The position numbers and the translations under genes are program-made. Below, one piece after another: positions 52,370 to 63,318 of a stretch of DNA of 64,000 nt (positions are counted from its first letter, which is position 1; each line of letters opens with the position of its first letter). The DNA is taken from NCBI GenBank assembly GCA_010015585.1, contig ML975149.1; one strand, 5' to 3'. Source of the stretch: Eremomyces bilateralis CBS 781.70. Taxonomy: Eukaryota. The notes beneath the pieces were generated by a model. That model had not been told where the DNA came from and searched no databases. It was given only the letters and a program-made list of their open reading frames with translations.

Positions 52370-53066
52370 CGACTTATTCGCTATGCTGTTGTTAAAGGAC
52401 TCAAAAAATACGATAAGTACTATACGTTTGCTGATTCAATAAACGCATACTACGCAGCAGCTCTCCTGGATCCTAGAGTTAAGAATAAGTGGCTTTCTTA
52501 TAATCTTACGAGTAACGATGTTCATACGGTTACTTATCGATCAATCGGAGCAGAAAAGGACGCTCGGTTAACTCCAGAGCTTAACCCCTTTACTAACAAG
52601 ATGCTGCAAATCGTACAGCGGGACGTCGCCCCCTTATCGGATATGGACCGATATTTCGACTCTGGGGTTGTACAAGTCGATACGGATTATAATAAACAAT
52701 GGCTCTTTAAGTGGTAGGCACGACACGCTGCAGAATATCCGGTCAGAAGCGCGGCAGCACGGGATTATCTCGCGATTCCGGTATCCAGTGTGGCAGTCGA
52801 ACGACTCTTTAGCGGAGGGCGGGATATGCTTGGTATACGGAGGCATTCTCTAACTGCTGGAACAATGAGGATGCTCGTATTGTTGGATTCCTATTACTCT
52901 TCATATAAATAGCTATAAATAGCCGATTTTACCTCTTAGCGGGTCAGACGGATATCCGCGAATAATCAGATCCATATCCGTATCCACGAAACAGGCCAAA
53001 TTTCCTATCCGGATACACCATATCCGCAGATGATCCGTGATATCCGTGTATTCGCGCCGAGCTCTA
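52370..53066 (+). mobile_element. hAT transposon relic: transposase C-terminus and right end
   Basis: KKYDKYY..YYAAALLDPR..W*..EYP..ARDYLAIPVSSVAVERLFSGGR (hAT dimerisation domain; TAG at 52715, end at 52912). Subterminal TATCC(G) repeats follow, and the terminus is ...GCCGAGCTCTA at 53066. No left TIR found. Confidence 0.9.
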
Positions 53067-53655
53067 CATTTCTGTAGACGGGTAGCTCTTAGAACAATGG
53101 GACCTGTATCGGAGGAATTGTTATGAACAGTCAAAACGCCACCATCAACAGAGAGAACGGCTACACAAGCTATGAAGGTTTGGGCTGGATTTCGGGGTTT
53201 CCGATTTCCGATTTCAGGATCCTGATAGCTAAGATCCCGGTCAGGATATAACTAAGTCTACTACGGTAAAAGTTCCATGCTTCCGGTCAGGGCATCCCCC
53301 CTGTCATCCCATGGGACGAGCGGATAAGGGTTACGAGTAAGATAATCTCTACTTTGTCGATTATAGGAAGAGCTAGGATTATCTCCAAAGAAGAGAACAG
53401 GAGAGGGCTACATAAGCTTGGTACGCTAACCTAAATGTATATATCAGGCTCTCCTGGGAATGCCCATTTACAAGACCCGGTAGTCCCAACCTGGGCTTTC
53501 CACACTCTGGATAATGCCCCCAAGAGCCATCTTATGGAAGCTGCCTGAAAATATATCCTTCCACGTTCAGTTACCATACCATTGATCACTGCAAGAAAAT
53601 CTGACCGGGGACAGCCCATGGATGACTGAAAGACGCTCCTCATGGCGGCCGCTTC

Positions 53656-54702
53656 TCACGCGACGTCTGCAAACCATCGATGTAATAAAGCTTCATGGGC
53701 CGTGATTCGCCTCTTTGGGTCAATATTCGTCATCCTTCCGACTAAATCTTTAAAATCCGGGTCAATATCTTTCCACAGCGCGAATGGCGCACGAGGAAGC
53801 TCTTCGTTGAAGCCCTCGGCGATCACGGTGAATATCTGGACCCAAGGGCTGTCTCCTAGGTACTGGAGTAGACCGTCCAAACTCTCCAGATCAGAGAAAT
53901 AGGACAGCTGTCGTTCGAGGACGACAGCCAGCTTATCCTCACCATCCTTCAGTTCTTCGTCGGCGACAGCAAAAATGACCCGTTTCGTCAGAGCATATAT
54001 GCACTATGTTCCAGCCAAGTCAGCAACGGAAGGATTTTTTTGGTGGCACAAAACATACGACAATCCCAAACGAGAAGATATCTGATGGCTTATGAACCTG
54101 AGCGGATGCATGAGCCTCAGGACTTCGCCACATCCAACTCCCGACCTGCCTTCCAACGATGGCACAATTGCCGGGAACATACGCTGCGTCTTCAATGTCG
54201 GCAATCTGGACCTGACGAATGGTATTGTTGCCATCCGTCTCCTCCCAATCCACCATGATATTATTTGCCTTGATATCCGTATGCACGATATCTTTCTCGT
54301 GCAATGCCGCGATGCCTCGGAGTGAGTCTCTCAAGGTTCGTTTTATCAAGGGAAGCGCGACGTTTCTTTGGGCGAAAGAGAGCATATGGTCGTTGAAATA
54401 TTTGTATGCAAACATGGATTGGTCGGGAATTGTATCATCCGCCACACGGATATAGGAAGACCTTCGAAGATCGTTGAACATGGCTTGAAAATAATTAAGG
54501 TCGTTCTTTGACACGCTCTTCAAGACATATTGCTCGCTATCAGCTCTACGGAAGAAAAGTAAGTCGAATATAGAGCTTTGATGCTGGGGTAGACCGACGA
54601 AGCAAGATACACCCGTCCAAGCGGTCCTGGTTTCTCTTGTAGAATGCGTTCAACGAGATACCGACGGCCCGATTGACCTACAGCTCGCGTGATTGTAGTC
54701 AT
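53656..54702 (-). CDS. Atypical fungal Ser/Thr protein kinase
   Basis: GRVYLA, YVLK, HTDIKANN, ADIED (in place of DFG), WRSPE, DIFSFG and DPKRRITAHEALLHRWF. Two introns, frame intact. Confidence 0.88.
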
Positions 54703-55542
54703 GATGGACGACTGGGAAAGGCGAGTTGTCCCGGGTGCACGAAAAGTTCAAGAGGTTGTTGAGGCCTCGCGCATACAGGTAGAGTCGAAAGAAGGCCAAT
54801 TCAAAGAATGGGCATGTCTATTTCTAGAAGGGGAGATTGCTATTTGTCGTGATGCTCTACTATGAGGGGACTTGAACTTGCTAAAAATAATCCCATGAAT
54901 GAAAATAATAATCTCTCTATTACATACAGGACTGGCGCCTCTAAGCAGCAAAGCGCATTTCCAGCCAATCAGAGAGGAGTTTTAATTATGCTAATCTGCG
55001 GCTCAACACCTAGTGCTTTCTTCAAACTCCTAGACCTACTCCGTACAATAATATACATTGCCATCTGTCGGGTTCCGTCTCTGATATCCCCCTAAATGCT
55101 GAGAAAGTCGTATAATGCATCAGACATTTAATCGTTTTGTTTTTAAGCACGCAGTATTAGCACTTATTGCCTCAGGAACTTCCCTCGTGCATTACATCAC
55201 TAGAGCAGCTATTCAACAGTCAATATCATGTGTGCCTTCCTAGCCGCTAAGGCTAGGTTCTCCATGGTGTCATAGGGAGAAGTCCGCCATATGCACCTGC
55301 AAGCGCCACAGGCAGACTGTGCCTCACTTTTCATCTGGCGGTTGCAAACTGGCGGTTGCAAAATGTGAGAGAACGCTTGGCGTTTTTTTGAGTGTGTGTG
55401 TCCCGCCCGCAACTCCACCAGAAAACGCGATATCACCCATTTTATGACCAAAACGCGCTGAATTCGTGCCTGCAAGTTGTGAAATTAAAGGGAAATTATT
55501 AGATTGAGTTTTATATCAAGTTTTTTATTTTTTATTTAGAAA

Positions 55543-57772
55543 ATGGCACCCCAACTGCGTGGAATTGGTACGCGCAGTACGCGAACGCGCGTCCGGTTTG
55601 AAGGCGAGATTGAGCGCACTGCTCAATTTGCGAGAGAACAAACAGCTACGAAGAAAAAGAACACAAAGAAGGCGGCCCCAAAGACGGCGAGTCGAAAGAA
55701 GAAGCCTAGGTAGCTCCAAAGAAGATATCGGCGAAGGCATCGTCGTCTAGCATACCCAAGACTGCTAGCAAGACATCACCTCTGGAGCTAGATCCGCAAA
55801 GGGACCTTGCAGACGATGAGGAAGAGCTAGGAGAGGAAGAGCAGGAAAAGGGTACGGTTACTCCGAAACCGAGCCGTAAACGGAGTCGATCTCAAACCGA
55901 TCAGCTACCGATACTGACACCACCTACGATGACCGGTTCGAAGGCATATGATCCTCTAAGAGTATGGAGTAGTCCACTCCTAGAGACCAGTCCAGAAACT
56001 CTTGCCTACCGGGAACGACGAGCTGCAAACCGTGACCGTATTTTAGGCAAGATTGACGAATATAGAAGGCCCATTGAGAAGGACGTACATAGGAACATCA
56101 TCTCCAAGCCACCTCCTAGAACTAGGAACTCTCCTACGCAGCCAACTGCACGGCAACAGCTTTATACCGCCATAGACACGTTTCAGGCCGAGAGGATTCC
56201 CGATTACAAGATTCGTATCCAGCTTCGCGTCCATGTTAACGGCAGGCGTCACTACGATGCCACCCTAGATACAGTGAGGCGTAACAATTTCGAGATCACA
56301 GACGTAGAGGACGAGGTACTAGCGAACCTAGGTAGCCCTCTAAAGGACGAAAACTGGAGATACGAGAAGATTGTTGTTACCGTTCGCGTACCAACTAGCC
56401 GGATGACAAACCCCATGCACACGTTTACGGAGTTTGGCGAGGCTATTCGGATGAAGTTCCTTTCGATGGCTGATAGCGTGATAAACACGAAGACATCAAT
56501 TCTTATAGTCGTTACTCCGGTCTTTGAGGTGCGTATCGTATGCGTGCCGACCTTACAAAGAAGAGAGGTCCGGATCCAAACTCTACGCCTGCCTATGGCG
56601 TAACAAGAGGGTCTTCGATCGCGTTGACTTCATCGCCCCCGAAGGAGACTTCGCGGAATATTAACCCTAAAGAACAATAGAAAGCTCGAATGGAGAACAT
56701 TGCAAGCGCAGGGGGTCGCTAAGAAACAGCTCACTAACCAATGGCTCTGCTCCGACCCCAAGTGTGTTAACAGATTGAGCTTTTGCTACGTCGATCCCCA
56801 CGACGGCCTGCATTATAATATTCCTGCGATGGTTCAGAAGACTTGGGCAAATCAGATCGTAGCTGGAGATGCTACCGTGGTTAACCCTAGCCCGATGACC
56901 TTAAATGCTATTCGAGAACAGGGTCCAATCGCGGCTGGCGCTCGGCGGACTAAACCGACGTCGGCACAACGCGTACAGAGCAATATGGAGGGGATGATAG
57001 GCGGTATAGCCGGCGGGTTAAGGGACTATATGGAGGTGATGATGCAGCAACAGCTGATGTCGTCGATGGAGAACCGAGCCCGTCGTGAGGAGCGACAAAT
57101 GGAGAAGGATGAGGAGCGTGATGAGCAGAGACACCTACTCCGGAGTATAAGTATGCCCATTCCTCCTGGTAGTGTCTATCCGACCGCAATGCCGGGAATA
57201 CCGCCTGTATTTCCCCATTCAATACCGGTTCCTATGGTTAACCCGTAAGTCGGCATCCGCTTCCCACCGTCAATATATTAACAAATACTTATAGAACCAT
57301 TAGCAACCCATATGCGCCGTTCCCTCCCGCAGTACCAATAGATGCCCCCGTTCCGTCTATAACAGGACTTTCCCCTACCCCTGTCCCTGGTCAAGCGCAA
57401 CCGCAACTACGTGCTCAACCGCTTGGGTCTCCGGCTCCCATGATGCCTCCCCCGGCTGCCTATCCTCATGTTGCACCTTCAAGTCCGATCGCAATAGACG
57501 AAGAGGATTCGACTTTACTTAATGCTTTCTTCGAATAGATAATCACAAAGACAAAGAACCCGGCCAGGGCATTGAAACTTGAGCACATTCGCGACATTAT
57601 CGATGACCAAGATTGGTCGGTTAACGATGTAAAGGCGATGGCAGATCCTTCTTCGTTTATGTATAGGCAGGCGAGAGATATGGGCATTAGCGATGGGATA
57701 GCACGCAGTGTGATGGATCAGAGGTCTATCGACCTGGATGCCTTGTGGCCTTGTGGCCCGTTTGCTCTGTAA
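55543..57772 (+). pseudogene. Large disrupted orphan gene, probably TE-associated
   Basis: ATG 55543 opens a Lys-rich N-terminus, with a frameshift near 55708 into ORF 55929 and further stops/shifts. Contains the Cys/His motif WLCSDPKCVNRLSFCYVDPHDGLHY and a Pro-rich C-terminal part. Confidence 0.6.
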
Positions 57773-58222
57773 ACACCAGAACAGATAAACGCCTCGCACA
57801 CCTTAGATAGATTCCTCCTTCATAGCAACAATTCAATGTTTGCCTCACGATTGGAGATTCCCGACAGTGAGACTCTTACAAAGAGCTATCTACCATGCGT
57901 GCGCGATGTTCAAGATTTGGCAGTTGACCTAGTCACGTGACTATCGTTCAGGAGACAGGCCACAGGCCTGGAACCATAACAGATCTTGCGTATCCAGACC
58001 GTGTCATGGGAAAATCAAACGCCATCAAGGGGTATCTCCTCATCAGCCCTTTGGCTTCTTAGACAAGTCCAGTCCTATAGGCTACTATCTCCTTTTAATT
58101 TGGAATTCATGTAAACAAGGTCGAGCGTATTACAGTCTAGGGTATTTCCTGGCCAGGCTGACTGGGAAGCGCACCACGTGCCTGCCAGGGATCAATACGC
58201 AGACCATAAACGTAAAGTCCTA

Positions 58223-58296
58223 CTCGTGACCTGCCCCACCTAGAGGTGTCCGGCGGTGTGGGCTGTGCCCCGGCTAGGTGGGGCGGGGGGCACGAG
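58223..58296. mobile_element. 74-bp TA-flanked hairpin mini-element
   Basis: CTCGTGACCTGCCCCACCTAG ... CTAGGTGGGGCGGGGGGCACGAG, with TA at 58221-22 and 58297-98. Confidence 0.65.
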
Positions 58297-58298
58297 TA

Positions 58299-58479
58299 TG
58301 GGTCTTGTTGACTTTGAATCGGCAAAAGGTTAATTAAAGGGTACTGCCGTAAAGGGTAATAGTGTAAAGCACCCCAGCGTGACGACCCACTCGGGCCGAA
58401 CTGTGTATTTTCCCCGGATGCTTTCCCTGGTTTCGGCCACAGGCTTGCATTTTCGCTGATTCAAAGTCAACAGGACCCA
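58299..58479. mobile_element. 181-bp TA-flanked MITE
   Basis: TIRs TGGGTCTTGTTGACTTTGAATCGGCAAAA and (reverse complement) TGGGTCCTGTTGACTTTGAATCAGCGAAA, differing by 3 transitions. TA at 58297-98 and 58480-81. Confidence 0.85.
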
Positions 58480-58508
58480 TAGGGCTCTGCTGCAGGAGAG
58501 GATGGCGG

Positions 58509-58995
58509 TAGGGCTGGACACGAATAAGGATTTTGGCTATTCGTATTCGATTTTTCCTCTTGAACGATTATTCGTATTCGACTAAGTTTTGAGACGTTTT
58601 ATTCGTATTATTCGCGAATATTCGTAAATAATGCCAAGACTTATTCGGCAAAAGCCGAGCCAATGAATGGATGCCCAGCAGTCGCGACTTTTGTTTACCC
58701 GAACACGATCTGGAGGATTTGAGCTCTAAGAGATACAAAGCATATCAATAGCGTCGAATTGATCACTCCTGACGATTCAGCAAGCCAAGTGACCCCAGCT
58801 CAAAGCTCTCTGTCGACCATCTCTCCGATGCGAGATACATGGAAATAGCTTCAGAGATAGACGAATAATTACGAATAATTACGAATAATGCGAATATTAT
58901 TCGTACGAATATTAGTAAGCGGAAATTAGTAAGCGGAAATTCTAAATTTTATTCGTATTCGACTACGAATAGTCGAATATTCGTGTCCAGCCCTA
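58509..58995. mobile_element. 487-bp non-autonomous hAT element
   Basis: Perfect 18-bp TIR TAGGGCTGGACACGAATA and perfect 8-bp TSD GATGGCGG (58501-08 and 58996-59003). Dense subterminal CGAATA/TATTCG repeats. Confidence 0.96.
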
Positions 58996-59223
58996 GATGG
59001 CGGTATTACTACTTCTAGGCAACGGTTACTTACTAGAAAAGTTGGTTCCACGTCAGCTGATTTCTACTTCCGTGTAATAAGCGTAACCTTTCAAAATACG
59101 AGGCTGACAAGTTGCCTTGACAGACCTACAGACAGAAGAACCTGGACGCAAGAGCAAGCGGCCTATGTAACATCCCTCACGTGGTAACGGCGTATTATAC
59201 AAGGGTAGATACCGTTTATTTAG

Positions 59224-59579
59224 TTATCCGCACCCCTGGTTCGTTCCGTCGCAAGCTTACTCATCCTCGATTCGAGGACGCTCACCAAGGTGAGCGCCAA
59301 CCTACTAAACGAGATTACGGTCTAAACGATATCGCTAACAAACTCAGATTTCGTCGATGTATTCCGCCACCAAGACGTGTATTATATAGGTAAAGGAAGA
59401 ATTTATAGCATAAGGCTAGCTACTAAATCCAGACTTTAAAGTTTCAGCCATTTTAAATAATGGGAAGTGTTCAAGTATCGTTTAGACCGCAATCTCGTTT
59501 AGTAGGTGGGCGCTCACCTTGGTGAGCGTCCTCGAATCGAGGATGAGTAAGCTTGTGAACGAACCAGGGGCGCGGATAA
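59224..59579. mobile_element. About 356-bp foldback element with ~105-bp arms
   Basis: 59224-59331 pairs with 59476-59579, with a few mismatches and one 4-bp indel. The exact termini and TSD are eroded. Confidence 0.85.
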
Positions 59580-59781
59580 GTCGGGCTAAGGACATACTGG
59601 ATTGGTAATCTAGCAAACAACCCTAAATCAAGTTTCAAAGCATTGGTCCCAGACCAGCAATAGAACCAGCGTTTCTTAAAGCATATCTAGTCAACCCCCT
59701 ATCCATATCCCTTGAGGTAAACTTAGTCCTTTCGTTCCTTAGCTTACAACCAAATCCTTAAGTCCTAGTACCTTGCCCAAT

Positions 59782-60992
59782 ATGCCCCGCATCGCTCCTT
59801 ACGCTAAGCTATTCAAAGACCCCAAGGGCCCCGGCGATATTCGTCCCACCGCGGCCAAGATCGTGGAGGATCAGGGCCTCGTTGACAGCCCCGAGTGGAA
59901 AGGTAGGTAAGCATGCTCGCCAGCAGAAAAGGGAACTTTTGAAGCGCTGTGGGGTAACACTGAAGTCCGAAATGCAGAGTCGTTCTCATTACCGGCTGCT
60001 CGCCCGGCGGCGGGCTCGGGCCCGAAACTGCCAAGGCGATTCGCCTCACGGGTGCCGATATCTACATCACAAACCGGGACATCAACAAGGGCAAGCGAGT
60101 TGCCGAAGAGCTCTTGGCCGATGGCAAAACAGGCTGGAAGGTAGAAGTCCTCGAAATGGACCTGAGCTCGCTAGGGAGCATCCGCGCTGCAGCACAGGAG
60201 TTCCTCCGCAGGAGTGGAAACAAGCTCAATGTGCTGATCAACAATGCCGGTAAGCACCTTGTGTATCGAGGCATCTTTCGTGCACTGCTAATCCGCATCT
60301 AGGAGTCATGGCGCCCCCCTACAGCAAGACCGAAGATGGATTTGAAATTCAGTTCGGCACGAACCATCTTGGTGTGTACTCCCCACTCGTCCTCCAAGCA
60401 CGCTAAGACGACAGCAACTAACTCTTCTCCAGGCCACTTCTACCTCTTCCACCAAGTCAAAGACGCTCTCCTCGCCTCCGCGACGCCCACCTTCTGCTCG
60501 CGTGTTGTCTCGGTGTCCTCGGCCGCCCATCGCAACACCACCATCAACTTAGACGATCTGAACTGGGAGAAGCGCAAGTACCTCACCCTCAAGGCCTACG
60601 GCCAGTCCAAGCTGGCCAACGTGTACTTCACCAACGAGCTGGACCGCCAGTTCGAGGCGCAGCACCTCCGCGCCAACAGCCTGCACCCGGGCGGGATCCT
60701 GACCCCGCTGGCACGCTACCTGCCGCACGAACGCAGCGAGGGGCTTAAGGACATCCCCGAGGTCTACCGCTGGCTAATGACGCCGGCGCAAGGCGCCGCC
60801 ACGAGTACTTGGGCCGCCGTGGCGCGGGAGCTCGAGGACCGCGGCGGGATGTATCTGGACGAGTGCGCTGAGGCTGTCCAGGTCGTGCCCGAGCCGTACC
60901 ACCTGCCCGGCTACGGGCCGCAGGCGATTGACCCGCCGACGGAGAAGAAGTTGTGGGAGGCCAGCAGCGAGCTGGTCGGGATCAAGGAGTAA
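59782..60992 (+). CDS. Short-chain dehydrogenase/reductase (RDH/WWOX-like)
   Basis: ITGCSPGGGLG, MDLSSL, LINNAG, FGTNHL|GHF, YGQSKLAN and LHPGGI. Three introns. Confidence 0.92.
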
Positions 60993-61274
60993 GGGCGCCT
61001 TTTGGCTCGGCTGTCGAGAGGTCTTGAGGTTTGCCGAGCGACAAGCTGGAGGGTGGCACTCGCCGGTCGTGTATGTAGTCCACGAAGCCTCGGCCGGATG
61101 TGTTCTTGGTGGTTTTGGAAGGTGCTCGTGCGAGACCAAGTTAGCACCGCAAAGTAAAAATCAGTCCCACCCAATGGAAGAATTGTCTTTGATACTTTGT
61201 CTGCATATGACGGCTGAAGTGAGATTCATTATTTTACCAATGTAGCAGCGTCGTTGAGGTTGCGCCGTGCGTTA

Positions 61275-61964
61275 CCCGGGTATGTCAGACCCTTAATCGA
61301 ACAAAACACAACCCCCGCGTCAGGTGATGAACCCCTGTGCTAGGAATTAGAGTTGCGTTAACTAGGTTTTATCGGTCCAAAGGATTTGTACCTATTATTC
61401 AATTGTCCAGTTAATATGGTCTTGAGCCCACTGAAGCCTATCGGCTTTATTTCGTTCGGAAAGGGGAGGTTTTCGGCGAGCGAGGTGACGGTTAAAGCCG
61501 CGGCTTCGAAGCGCGTTTCGAATAAAATATTCAGAGACCTGAAGGTCTCGAAATGGGCCAGTGGCGAGTTGTAGATAGGATATTGACGCGACTCCTCAGA
61601 TTGTACGACATATTCGACAATCTCATCCACTTTTTTAGGGGATAATCTCGATTTCCGGCCGGTTCTTTTGCCGGGCGTAGGCCCAGCGGCCGAATTAGCT
61701 GTCTGGACCTGCAGTTGAGTAATTCCGAGCTGCTCTGCTCTGTTGATACGTTAAGCCTAAGCGGCGAAGACAACGATCTCGTTTAAGGTCGCACGGTTTT
61801 CCCCGTTATGGAGGAGTTTGAGGCCTATCAAGATCCATTCTTATTGTATAATTGTAGTATATGGTAGGACTAAGGAGAAATATTATAGAAATCGAAAAGA
61901 ACCGGAGTAATAGAAAAGATAGCTAACTAGTTAACTGTAAGTAGTCTAGTCTGAGCACCCCTGC
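61275..61964 (-). mobile_element. Internally deleted Tc1/mariner relic
   Basis: The minus strand encodes RTGRKSRLSPKKVDEIVEYVVQSEESRQ (Tc1-type N-terminal region) with stops and shifts. Degenerate 16-bp ends (10/16 match, shared TCAGAC), both flanked by TA. Confidence 0.6.
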
Positions 61965-62124
61965 TATTAGTATGAGCGCTAACAACAAATCTGCCAGTAA
62001 CCGTAGTATGGAATAATGGAACCTTCGATCCGCCAAGCACGCTATGCTTTTCCATCCACCAATCTTCAAACGAATCAAAATACAATGAGGCCTGTGCAAC
62101 TCGCAAGCCTACCAGCTTTACTGT

Positions 62125-63318
62125 TTAGAAGCCGTGCTTTTCGATGAAGTGTATCATGTGTCTGTAGGCTTCGGGTGCCTGGTAATGGAAGTTGATACCA
62201 TGTCCGGTTCCGGGGGCCAACCACCAACTAGATTCTGGTGCGGAAGCAGGGAAAAAGAGCTTGATGGCATCTTTAGCTTTGTTATTCGGGTACAGGCAGT
62301 CGCCATGGCAGTTGGGCAAGTCATTCTGGCCATTCAGGATCTGCACGGGTCCCGTAAAGCTGGCAGCCGGCTCCACACCCAGACCGAGATACTCACCCAC
62401 CGTCACGGTGCCCTTGGTGTCCTCGGCGAGTTGGAGAATAGCGGGATCAAAGCCTGGCTGTCGGAAAAAGAAGAACTGGTTTCCCTGGATTGTGGAGGCC
62501 GTCAGGTAGCCATTAGAGAGATGGGCGAACTTGCGATCGGCCTGGGCAGCGATGGTGAGGCCAACGCCGGCAAAGGCAATGGGCGCACCACTTCCGTCAG
62601 CGGAGAAGCCCGTCAGGACAATCGCATCCAAGTCCTTGGGGTATGCGCCGGCGACGCCAATGGTTTGCGCACTGCCCAGAGAGTGGCCGACACCCACCAC
62701 GTGCTTGAACTTGGTTGTTGCCAAGTTTCCCGCGCGGATGAACTGGATGAGCTCATGCGCAATGGCGATTTGAATAGGCAACTGGACGATCTGTATGGGA
62801 TCAGGATGGTCCGACAGCCCAGTGCCGAGACGATCATAGTAGAAGGTTGTGAAGCCCTTCTCGGCAGCCGCGTCAATGTACGAATATCCCGGCGCAGGAT
62901 CCCAGTACGTGCCATCGAAACCGGCGCCATGGATGAGGAACTGGATCGAGTTGGGGTCGACCTTGCCAGTATATGCAGGTACGCAGAGACGCGAGTAGAT
63001 GCCAAAAGTAGAAGTGACCTGAACACGAGGGCCAGTGACGTCCTCGACATATGTCGAGCCAACTTGATCGACTTCCTGTACCATCTCTGTGACGACTGAG
63101 TTGTTTGTTGGCTGCTGGACATTGAACTTGATATTCATTGCAGTGGCTTGGATATTGATCGTTCCAGTGACGCAGATCGCCTTGCCGCCGGCTGATCGCT
63201 TAACGACTGGGTTCTTGAAGTGCTTAAAGTAGCTGGCAGGGAGATCATGTTGGTAGCTCGGAGCCGCAAGGACCTGTGCGGCCGGCATGAGCGCCGCCAA
63301 AAGAGTTGTTGAGCGCAT
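62125..63318 (-). CDS. Secreted alpha/beta hydrolase
   Basis: Intronless. Signal peptide MRSTTLLAALMPAAQVLA, then IHGAG, YDRLGTG, nucleophile GHSLG, GQND and GHGINFH. Confidence 0.92.
   Translation of the reverse strand: MRSTTLLAALMPAAQVLAAPSYQHDLPASYFKHFKNPVVKRSAGGKAICVTGTINIQATAMNIKFNVQQPTNNSVVTEMVQEVDQVGSTYVEDVTGPRVQVTSTFGIYSRLCVPAYTGKVDPNSIQFLIHGAGFDGTYWDPAPGYSYIDAAAEKGFTTFYYDRLGTGLSDHPDPIQIVQLPIQIAIAHELIQFIRAGNLATTKFKHVVGVGHSLGSAQTIGVAGAYPKDLDAIVLTGFSADGSGAPIAFAGVGLTIAAQADRKFAHLSNGYLTASTIQGNQFFFFRQPGFDPAILQLAEDTKGTVTVGEYLGLGVEPAASFTGPVQILNGQNDLPNCHGDCLYPNNKAKDAIKLFFPASAPESSWWLAPGTGHGINFHYQAPEAYRHMIHFIEKHGF

Noticed and set aside
58221..58481. Structured ncRNA (SRP, RNase P/MRP or telomerase RNA)
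   Set aside because: The stems are better explained as TA-flanked TIRs, and no diagnostic conserved motifs were found.
58861..58941. Tandem ACGAATAATT and ATTAGTAAGCGGAA repeats as an independent array
   Set aside because: They lie inside the hAT element and are its subterminal repeats.
46000..62100. Starship giant transposon
   Set aside because: No DUF3435 tyrosine recombinase captain and no boundary direct repeats were seen in this window. It cannot be supported, though it is not excluded.
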